64,000 nt of DNA, taken from NCBI GenBank assembly GCA_020059585.1, contig JAGVBU010000002.1, forward strand, positions 27,566 to 91,565. The letters run 5' to 3'. This document shows, one piece after another, positions 28,734-36,491 of the stretch (its first letter is position 1; each line of letters opens with the position of its first letter). The stretch is from Minisyncoccota bacterium. GTDB taxonomy: Bacteria; Patescibacteriota; Minisyncoccia; UBA6257; GWB1-50-10. The position numbers and the translations under genes are program-made. The notes beneath the pieces were generated by a model. The model saw nothing but the letters and a program-made list of their open reading frames with translations. It made no database searches and had not been told where the DNA came from.

Positions 28734-29897
28734 TTATCTCAAATCCGCGTGAAACTGAGAGGCGGTTTCTTTATAGAGTTTGTCTTGAAGAACATCAACC
28801 TCATCAGACACGAGCGTGCGATCATTCGATCGATACACTACGCGAAACGTATAACTCACCTTTTCCGGACCGAATTTCTTCTCATCCTCATACGTATCGA
28901 GAAGCTGCACCTCCTCAACAAGATCCCCGCCGATATCACGGATAAGATCATAATACTGGTTCACGAAAAATCCCTTCTTCACCACAAATGAAATATCTCT
29001 CGTGATGGGAGGATATTTACTTACCTCCTTGAATTTATTTCCCAGCACAAGCTGTTTTATAACTCTCGGATCTTCCGAACGGAGAAGGCGGATATCGGGA
29101 AGCTCCATACTTATAATCGCAAGGCGCTCCGCGCCAAATCCGAACGCCCATCCGGTATATTGTTTCGGATCAACGCCGAGTTTTTCCAACACCGATTGTC
29201 TCACCATCCCTCCGCCCAAAACCTCAAGCCATTGTCCGTTTACCTCAACCTCCATCTCAACACTCGGATCTGTGTAGGGAAACGCATCCTCATTGAAACG
29301 GAATTTTATATTTTCTCCGAAAATCGATTTCGCGATCTTCCCAAGAATATTCTTCAATTCCTCGAATGGCACCTCCCTATCGCTTGTGGGATGCAAATAC
29401 CATCCGTCGATCTGATGAAACACATTCAGGTGAAAGCGATCTATTTCGTCCTTCCTGTACACCTTTCCATACGCAAGCGACCCAAGGGGAAGATTTTTTC
29501 GTATCCGTTCCTGCATCTCCTCGGACTTCACGTAGTAATACCACATTATGGTAGTATGCGTTCTCAGAATATGTTCCCCATCCACAAAATACGTATCGGA
29601 CGCGCTTCGCGCGGGATGATTCGGGGGAAAATTAAAAAGATCAAAACTCTGGTCGGCGCGGACGATTTCCGGAACCTGGATATGGTCAAAATTCTTAAAA
29701 TCAGGGATTGCAAATATTCGCGATGCCAGTTCGTGTATCGGATGACCTTTCGTGCGCGTTAAATCGGCAAGCGCGAGAAATTTCGTGAGACGCTTGCTGT
29801 CCGCGTCGTCCTTTTCCGCGCACTTCTTCCGCAAACGCGCTTCATCCGGAGAGGAAACGGATAACCGAAGCCCCGGAAGATTTTTATAGAATTCCAT
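28734..29897 (-). CDS. pheS: Phenylalanine--tRNA ligase, alpha catalytic domain fused to FDX-ACB anticodon-binding domain (mitochondrial-type)
   Basis: FD.FNFP..HPAR..SDTYF, LRTHT, VYRKDEID..H..VFHQ, FPYTDPS.E, WAFG.G.ERL, then SKYP...RDISF...VEEV.LLD.Y...YRS.DRTL. Confidence 0.92.
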   Translation of the reverse strand: MEFYKNLPGLRLSVSSPDEARLRKKCAEKDDADSKRLTKFLALADLTRTKGHPIHELASRIFAIPDFKNFDHIQVPEIVRADQSFDLFNFPPNHPARSASDTYFVDGEHILRTHTTIMWYYYVKSEEMQERIRKNLPLGSLAYGKVYRKDEIDRFHLNVFHQIDGWYLHPTSDREVPFEELKNILGKIAKSIFGENIKFRFNEDAFPYTDPSVEMEVEVNGQWLEVLGGGMVRQSVLEKLGVDPKQYTGWAFGFGAERLAIISMELPDIRLLRSEDPRVIKQLVLGNKFKEVSKYPPITRDISFVVKKGFFVNQYYDLIRDIGGDLVEEVQLLDTYEDEKKFGPEKVSYTFRVVYRSNDRTLVSDEVDVLQDKLYKETASQFHADLR

Positions 29898-29902
29898 ATT
29901 AA

Positions 29903-29970
29903 AACAAAAACCCTTCTTTCTGAGGGGTTCAACGAGACAAACTATGACGAAAAACCCCCGATTGATCAGG
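29903..29970 (-). promoter_or_regulatory. Transcription attenuator upstream of pheS
   Basis: Alternative stems cctga/tcggg, ggggtt/aacccc, and aaccc/gggtt followed by a U-run. Confidence 0.7.
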
Positions 29971-30010
29971 TAAAGAAAAATCTAAAGAATTTTTTTGCGA
30001 CTTTTTTCAT
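29966..30010 (-). CDS. pheM: Phe-rich leader peptide MKKVAKKFFRFFFT (PheM-like)
   Basis: 14 codons with 5 Phe, directly upstream of pheS; too short for the ORF track. Confidence 0.8.
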   Translation of the reverse strand: MKKVAKKFFRFFFT

Positions 30011-30095
30011 TACCCAATTAGTGTACTCTATCGCATTAAAACTTCAAGAAGCGTTTTACCTTGCACGAAACCGCTCTTTTCTGGTAGTATGGTTC

Positions 30096-30169
30096 CGCGG
30101 GGTAGAGCAGTCCGGTAGCTCGCAAGGCTCATAACCTTGAGGTCGTTGGTTCGAATCCAACCCCCGCAA
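30096..30169 (+). tRNA. Initiator tRNA-fMet (CAT)
   Basis: cgcgggg/ccccgca with C1:A72 mismatch; caagg-ctCATaa-ccttg. Confidence 0.92.
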
Positions 30170-30256
30170 CAATAATCACACGCCTCTCAAGAAATTGAGA
30201 GGCGTGTGTTGTATAATTGACGCAAAACAGCGATTCGCATACCATAGAAAATATAT

Positions 30257-30330
30257 GCCAGGGTAGCTCAATCGGTTAGAGCACAGCACTCATAAAGCTG
30301 AGGTTGCGAGTTCGATTCTCGCCCCTGGTA
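30257..30330 (+). tRNA. tRNA with CAT anticodon (elongator Met or Ile2)
   Basis: gccaggg/ccctggt acceptor, ctCATaa loop, gcgag-ttcgatt-ctcgc T arm. Confidence 0.88.
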
Positions 30331-30378
30331 CAAAAAGAACCTCTGTTTTGGTATAATATAGCCACAGGGCTGTTTTTT

Positions 30379-31059
30379 ATGGCAAAAACAAAAGAAAAAA
30401 ATGTAGCCACTTCCCTAAGAAGAAAAGGGATGAGTATAAAGGATATTTCGAAGACTCTTCATGTTTCAAGGAGTTCGGTGAGTGTGTGGTGTTCCAACAT
30501 ATTACTCACAAAGAAGCAAGAGGAATCTTTAAGAGAAAAGATGATATCAGCAGGACACAAGGGAAGATTATTGGGGGCAGAAAAGCAAAAAAAGAAGAGG
30601 GAAGAAATTATACAAAAATATAAAGAAGAGGGGTTAAAAAATATACAAGATATAGATTCTAGAGATCTTTTAATGATTGGGATAGGACTCTATCTTGGTG
30701 AGGGAAATAAAACGGGAAATAAGTTTCAATTCACTAATTCAAATCCTGATATAATTTGTATCATGCTTTTATGGCTTACGAAAATATTTAAAATAAAGAA
30801 AAGCCACATTGTGCTCAACGTCCTTATTAATGGAATCCACGTAAAGAGAGAGCTACGCGTTCGTCGTTTTTGGTCACAAATCACGAATATACCAGAAAAA
30901 CAATTCAATAAAACAATTTTTATAAAATCCAAGAACAAAAAAATGTATGAAAATTTTTCAAATCATTTCGGCACTCTCGTGATCAGGGTGAGAAAAAGTT
31001 CTCTCCTCCAATATAAGATTTTAGGACTTTGTCATGCATCAATAAAAAATACGATATGA
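30379..31059 (+). CDS. HTH plus LAGLIDADG-like protein lying between tRNA genes
   Basis: LRRKGMSIKDI...LHVSRSSVS.W HTH; GLYLGEG.K...FTNS.P motif; AT-rich. Confidence 0.7.
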   Translation: MAKTKEKNVATSLRRKGMSIKDISKTLHVSRSSVSVWCSNILLTKKQEESLREKMISAGHKGRLLGAEKQKKKREEIIQKYKEEGLKNIQDIDSRDLLMIGIGLYLGEGNKTGNKFQFTNSNPDIICIMLLWLTKIFKIKKSHIVLNVLINGIHVKRELRVRRFWSQITNIPEKQFNKTIFIKSKNKKMYENFSNHFGTLVIRVRKSSLLQYKILGLCHASIKNTI

Positions 31060-31110
31060 AATCGTATTGCAAAACAGAATAAGCGTTGATACACTAAATT
31101 CGCTATGTTT

Positions 31111-31184
31111 GCGGGCGTAGCTCAGCTGGTTAGAGCGATTGCCTGTCACGCAATAGGTCGCCGGTTCGAGTCCGGTCGCCCGCG
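31111..31184 (+). tRNA. tRNA-Asp (GTC)
   Basis: gcgggcg/cgcccgc acceptor, attgc-ctGTCac-gcaat, gccgg-ttcgagt-ccggt. Confidence 0.93.
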
Positions 31185-31385
31185 CAAGAAAAACATCCAT
31201 AATACGGATGTTTTTTGTTACCGGACTTGAACGGGAAAGGGCGGTGGGAAAACGGGAGTTTTCCCAAGGCGGATAACATAAACCGATGGGTTTGTGAGAG
31301 TTTTGAAAAAACGACGTTCGATTCCGTCGCCCGCGCAAAAAAAAACATCCATTATGTGGATGTTTTTTGTTACCGTATTTGAACG
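31185..31385 (+). repeat. tRNA-Asp 3' trailer: 151 bp unit with duplicated 3' end and duplicated hairpin
   Basis: Copy gttcgattccgtcgcccgcgca at 31316-31337; aaaaacatcc..ggatgttttt twice; antisense accggacttgaac at 31220-31232. Confidence 0.8.
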
Positions 31386-31562
31386 AGGAGTGAATTCTTG
31401 TTTGAAAAAAGCAGAAAATCGAGTAAAGTCATAGATATGAATCCCGTTAGAAACCGCGATCGCGGGGACATATAAGCACTCTATTAAACGAACGTATATG
31501 TCAGTCGAAACAAAAACAAATCACATAATGGATCGTTTGATTGCGGTCTGTTTCTAAATGGG

Positions 31563-32261
31563 ATGAAAGCAGTCATTCTTGCTGCGGGAGAAGGAGTACG
31601 AATGCGTCCGCTCACGCTTACGCGTCCAAAACCGCTCGTGCTTCTCGACGAAAAACCTCTTCTTCATTATCTCGTTTCCTCTTTTCCGAAAGAGATTTCC
31701 GAGCTTATCATCGTTACCGGATATCTTGGAAACCAAATACGCGATTATTGCGGTGATTCCTTCCTCGGGAGACGGGTCACTTATGTTGAACAAAGAGAAA
31801 AAACAGGAACATTCGACGCGTTGAAACTCTGCGAACCTTATCTCAATGACAAAGAGCCGTTCGCCGTGTTTTATGCAGACGATCTTATTGACCGTGACAC
31901 GATAACACGCCTTATTGCATATCCCCTTTCTCTTGTGGTCGCCGAGGTTCCCGATCCTTGGCGCTTCGGGGTCGCGACGCTCCGCGATGATGGAAAACTC
32001 AAAAGTATAGAGGAAAAGCCTGAAAATCCCAATTCAAATCTCATCGTGACGTGCGCATATGTACTCTCAAAAGAAATACTCACTTATTCCCCCGTTCGGC
32101 ATCCGAACGGAGAATACTATCTTTCGTCCGTGATAAGTGAATTTGCAAAAGATCACGATATCGACGTAGTACATTCTTCGTTTTGGTTCCCCGTGGGAAC
32201 ACCCGGAGACCTTGCGCGGGCAGAAGAAATAATAAAAGAGCGTCCGGAACTCCTTTCATGA
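31563..32261 (+). CDS. Sugar-phosphate nucleotidyltransferase
   Basis: MKAVILAAGEG.RMRPLT...PKPL, EEKP. Confidence 0.9.
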   Translation: MKAVILAAGEGVRMRPLTLTRPKPLVLLDEKPLLHYLVSSFPKEISELIIVTGYLGNQIRDYCGDSFLGRRVTYVEQREKTGTFDALKLCEPYLNDKEPFAVFYADDLIDRDTITRLIAYPLSLVVAEVPDPWRFGVATLRDDGKLKSIEEKPENPNSNLIVTCAYVLSKEILTYSPVRHPNGEYYLSSVISEFAKDHDIDVVHSSFWFPVGTPGDLARAEEIIKERPELLS

Positions 32262-34690
32262 AAATTCCGAAATTTTTCTCTTCAGAAATATTCTTATTCG
32301 GCATAGTGCTCGCCGTTATGTTTTTTCATTTTCACGGAATTTTCCAAATCACCGATCTTCCCGGATGGGATACCGATTCTCATTTTGTAGCTCTGTCAAA
32401 AATGGCGAATGAGTTCCTCCCCAGCGGAACCATACAGGGATATATGCCGGAATGGTTCGGAGGTATCCCCCTCTTCCAATTCTATGCACCGCTCTACTTC
32501 ATTCTTGTTGCGGGACTTTGGATATTTTCCGGAAAGATTATTCCGCTTATTTTTCTTTTTCGTATTTCATTATTCGTTTCAGTCTTTCTTATAAGTATCT
32601 CCCTCTGGTTTTTCACAAAGACCGCGTTTGGAAAAAACGCGGGGAAATGGAGTATTTTGCTCAGTCTTTTTGCAATCTTTTATCCCTTAAGCGGGGGACA
32701 GAACGGAATCGGGGTCGGAGGCGTCATCTCCTCAGGACTTATCACGGGATCTATAGGATTCAGCCTTCTCCTTGTGCAGTTCGCGCTTCTTCTTAAAATA
32801 TCGAGAGATCCTTCATCAAAAAAATATTTTGCGCTTCATACGGCTATAGTCGCCGTCATCGCGCTCACCCATACGCTCAGCTTCATAGGAAGTATTATCG
32901 GGATTGTTTTCTTTCTTCTTTATTTTCACAAAAATAATACCTTCCTTCTTTTATGTGGAGCAAGCGCCGTAATCGGCGTGGGGATTGCCTCATTTTGGAC
33001 GATCCCCTTTTTCTCACACATTGATCTTTCATCATCGTCCGTCGTTCTCATGCAGGGAGATCCTCTCATCACGATGTTTCCCTTTAATCCGAAACTCCTC
33101 TTCAGCATTGAAACGATTCCTTACTTCAATTTTTGGGCACTCGGACTTTTTTTCACAACCATATATGGACTTTATATTCTCCTTTTCAAAAAAAATGAAA
33201 GAATTATTCCCTTCCTTTTTCTTTTCTTTTTTATTTTCATAGTGAGAAACCTCATTTCTACGGTCTTTCCCTCAATGACCGTTCATTTCTATAGATTTTC
33301 TCCCGTGCTTTTTCTTCTCGTTCTTTCCTTATCCTCTTTTGCTTTGGATTTTTTCCAAAAAACATATATAAAAAATAAAAAACACCTCGGCATCTTTCTC
33401 TTATTGTGCGTGAGTCTTGTTACGCATGGACAGATGACATTCCCGCGTGAAGCGAATAATCTCGATCCATTAAATACTGATCCTTACTATTCGAAGATAC
33501 TCATTAATTGGAGTTTTAACGACACTCCCTACTACCTTGAGGGTAAGGAGATGCTTTCCCGACTAGCGAAAAAAACTGATATGAACAAGCTCCTTGTTGT
33601 TGTACCAGCAGAAACACTTTCTGGATATTTTGGATCTCCCCATTATTTTGATTCCATGCTTGTGTTAAAAAACAAACAAAACAGCATTTCGGGACTTTAC
33701 GCTGAGTCATCCCCACTCACCCCCTTCATCATGCCTACAATCCGGGCGTTGGGAGAAAATAAGGTGCTCGCATGGGGAGAAAGCCAGCTTTCTCTTCTCT
33801 CCGACTTCATAAATCAGCCATACACGATACACCTTAAACGGATATTTGATGTGGGGGTTAATTATATTGTTTCTTCGGATCTTTCGATAACATCAAAACT
33901 CCTTATGAGCCAGATGGTCACCCTTGAGGAACATACCGAGCATTTCTTTGTATTCAAGGCGCGCGAATATTCACCAAATCTTTTTACTCCCTATACGCTT
34001 CCGTTTGCTTACATACAGGGGAAGGAGGGTATCGAGTTCAGAGAGATTGCGAAAGCGGTATATGCGGGAAAAACAACATATAATCTTCCCATACTTAATC
34101 TAAAGGATATATCTCTCGACATATTTTCCCACGAAACAGACAAAACATTATTTTCTGGACTTATATTCAGTGAAAAAAATATAAAAGACGAAACACTCGT
34201 ATCCCTTGAGAAAATTTCCATACCCGTGATCATTGTTTCGAATGACATAGACGACGATGATATTACCGCTCATCCCTCGCTCCGATTCATTACCAATTTC
34301 GAATCGATCGAAGAAAACTTTTCCCATATCCGCAATAACCCTATATATGGATGGCACGCGCTCCAACAGAATCTCGAAACACTTTCTATAAAAAATAGCA
34401 CAAGTACTCCGGCACTTGCCTCATTTTCATCAAAAAAAATAACCATTGAGACAAACGGACCATTATCTATATTGAATATCGGCTATTCTCCGTATTGGAA
34501 AATAAAAAACTGCGACACGTGCCGCATATTCGAAGTGTCTCCGGCGCGTATCGCAATACAAGGGAGCGGAATTATAGAACTCGCGTACGATACGTCCGAT
34601 ACCGCGACACGCACCGGAAATTATCTTTCTATTCTTTCGCTTATCGCGCTTTTCGGAATTGGAATTTTTTGGAAAAAAATAAAGAAATAA
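32258..34690 (+). CDS. Large membrane protein, PTPS-related / GT-C-type glycosyltransferase-like
   Basis: GWD...H, WFGG.P.FQFYAPL, many TM helices, extracellular domain with GLYAESS, C-terminal YSP.W and TM. Confidence 0.7.
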   Translation: MKIPKFFSSEIFLFGIVLAVMFFHFHGIFQITDLPGWDTDSHFVALSKMANEFLPSGTIQGYMPEWFGGIPLFQFYAPLYFILVAGLWIFSGKIIPLIFLFRISLFVSVFLISISLWFFTKTAFGKNAGKWSILLSLFAIFYPLSGGQNGIGVGGVISSGLITGSIGFSLLLVQFALLLKISRDPSSKKYFALHTAIVAVIALTHTLSFIGSIIGIVFFLLYFHKNNTFLLLCGASAVIGVGIASFWTIPFFSHIDLSSSSVVLMQGDPLITMFPFNPKLLFSIETIPYFNFWALGLFFTTIYGLYILLFKKNERIIPFLFLFFFIFIVRNLISTVFPSMTVHFYRFSPVLFLLVLSLSSFALDFFQKTYIKNKKHLGIFLLLCVSLVTHGQMTFPREANNLDPLNTDPYYSKILINWSFNDTPYYLEGKEMLSRLAKKTDMNKLLVVVPAETLSGYFGSPHYFDSMLVLKNKQNSISGLYAESSPLTPFIMPTIRALGENKVLAWGESQLSLLSDFINQPYTIHLKRIFDVGVNYIVSSDLSITSKLLMSQMVTLEEHTEHFFVFKAREYSPNLFTPYTLPFAYIQGKEGIEFREIAKAVYAGKTTYNLPILNLKDISLDIFSHETDKTLFSGLIFSEKNIKDETLVSLEKISIPVIIVSNDIDDDDITAHPSLRFITNFESIEENFSHIRNNPIYGWHALQQNLETLSIKNSTSTPALASFSSKKITIETNGPLSILNIGYSPYWKIKNCDTCRIFEVSPARIAIQGSGIIELAYDTSDTATRTGNYLSILSLIALFGIGIFWKKIKK

Positions 34691-34694
34691 AGTT

Positions 34695-36152
34695 TTATTT
34701 TTTCCCCTCCGTTTCACGTTCGTACCACATTCCGAGATTCATAATATCTTTTTCGTGGAAGGGCTTCCCGATTATTTGAAACCCCACCGGAAGTTCTCCG
34801 CCGAGGGGATATTTTTTCACCGGAAGCGATACCGCGGGAAGACCCGCAAAATTAGCGGGAATAGTGAATATATCAGAGAGATACATCGCGATAGGATCCG
34901 AAATCTTCTCTCCCACCTTGAACGCTTTTGTGGGAACAACCGGAGCAAGAATCGCATCAACACCTCCTCCGTTCTCACTAAAGGCATTCTCAAAATCGTC
35001 CGCGATGAGTTTTCTAACTTTTTGTGCCTTAAGATAATACGCGTCATAGTATCCCGAAGAAAGCACGAATGTTCCGAGGAGCACTCTCCGTTTTACCTCG
35101 TCGCCGAATCCCCTCCCCCTTGTTTCCTTATAAATGTCCCAAAGCGTGTTTTTCTCCGAATTTCTTCCGTATCGCACCCCATCGAAACGCGCGAGATTTG
35201 AACTCGCTTCCGCGGTCATAATGACATAATAAACGGATACGGCGTATTTCGTATGAGGAAGGGATATCTCTTTAATGGAAAAGCCCTTCTTCCGAAATAC
35301 GTCTATCGCCCCCTCAACCTCACGTGCCACATCCTTATCCATTTTTTCCTCAAAATATTCTTTCGGAATTCCGAGCGTGCGGGTTTTCACGCGGTCCTCG
35401 TCATATAAAGACGCGGGGGCATATTCTCCTCTTTTGCTCGTTGCGTCGTGCGCATCGTGCCCTTTTATCGCGTCAAAGATAATGGCTGCGTCTTCCACCG
35501 TCTTTCCGAATGGTCCAATCTGATCAAGACTCGATGCAAGAGCAATAAGACCAAATCGCGACACCGAACCATAGGTTGGCTTCAATCCCACCACACCGCA
35601 GAATGAGGCGGGTTCGCGGATTGATCCTCCCGTATCCGATCCAAGAGATCCAAGCGCAAAATTCCCCGCAACAGCAGCCGCGGATCCGCCCGATGAGCCA
35701 CCGGGGACGCGCGTCGGGTCGTGCGGATTTTTCGTGGAAAAAAACGCGGAGTTCTCGTTTGAGGAGCCCATCGCGAATTCATCAAGATTCGTTTTCCCGA
35801 GGATAATCCCATGAGCTTCTTTTATCTTCTTTACGACCGTCGCGTCATAGCTCCCCACATATGAATCGAGTATTTTCGATCCGGCGGTCGTCCGCACTCC
35901 CTCAATGAGAATATTGTCTTTTATAGCAAGTGGAACTCCCGCAAGCGGATGGATATCCGCGCCCTTATTCACATATTCATCGACACGCCGCGCCTCCTCG
36001 CGCGCGGACGCGTCACACAAGGTAATAAAGGGGCGTGTCACCTCATCTTCGCGCGCGTTCTTTATATATACATCGACAACTTCTTCCGCGGAAAATTTTT
36101 TATTCTTCAGAGATTTGCCGAATTCTTTTATCGTGAGTGTACGTATATCCAT
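34695..36152 (-). CDS. gatA: Asp/Glu-tRNA amidotransferase subunit A
   Basis: KDNI, GKTNLDEFAMGSS, PGGSSGGSAAAV, GSDTGGSIR, SSNLARFDG.RYG. Confidence 0.96.
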   Translation of the reverse strand: MDIRTLTIKEFGKSLKNKKFSAEEVVDVYIKNAREDEVTRPFITLCDASAREEARRVDEYVNKGADIHPLAGVPLAIKDNILIEGVRTTAGSKILDSYVGSYDATVVKKIKEAHGIILGKTNLDEFAMGSSNENSAFFSTKNPHDPTRVPGGSSGGSAAAVAGNFALGSLGSDTGGSIREPASFCGVVGLKPTYGSVSRFGLIALASSLDQIGPFGKTVEDAAIIFDAIKGHDAHDATSKRGEYAPASLYDEDRVKTRTLGIPKEYFEEKMDKDVAREVEGAIDVFRKKGFSIKEISLPHTKYAVSVYYVIMTAEASSNLARFDGVRYGRNSEKNTLWDIYKETRGRGFGDEVKRRVLLGTFVLSSGYYDAYYLKAQKVRKLIADDFENAFSENGGGVDAILAPVVPTKAFKVGEKISDPIAMYLSDIFTIPANFAGLPAVSLPVKKYPLGGELPVGFQIIGKPFHEKDIMNLGMWYERETEGKK

Positions 36153-36156
36153 AATA

Positions 36157-36459
36157 TTATTCTCCGTTCCCGAATACGGGCGGCATACACAAAAGGTCAC
36201 CGTGAGATTCAGGAAACTGCCCCACGGTATGCGCGTCCGAAAACTCTTTCTTTTCAGAATCATCGCGAAACACGTTTGTATTAAACGAACCCCCCGCCGC
36301 GGGCGTGACGGTTTCCGTACGAACTTCTTTGAGTTCTTCGAAATAATCTATCACCTTTTCGAGATCGCGAAGCATTTTTTCTTCCTGTCCCTCAGGAAAA
36401 TGCACCTTCGCAAGTTCTTTGAGATGTGCGAGTTTTTCTCGCGTTATAATATCTTCCAT
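36157..36459 (-). CDS. gatC: Asp/Glu-tRNA amidotransferase subunit C
   Basis: HL..LAK, NVFRDD, size and position next to gatA. Confidence 0.85.
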   Translation of the reverse strand: MEDIITREKLAHLKELAKVHFPEGQEEKMLRDLEKVIDYFEELKEVRTETVTPAAGGSFNTNVFRDDSEKKEFSDAHTVGQFPESHGDLLCMPPVFGNGE

Positions 36460-36491
36460 AAATTCTACCTTATCACTTTCACCCCGAGCAT

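Noticed and set aside
30304-30378. N-terminal extension of the HTH/LAGLIDADG-like ORF
   Set aside because: It overlaps the tRNA; the ATG at 30379 follows a -10 box.
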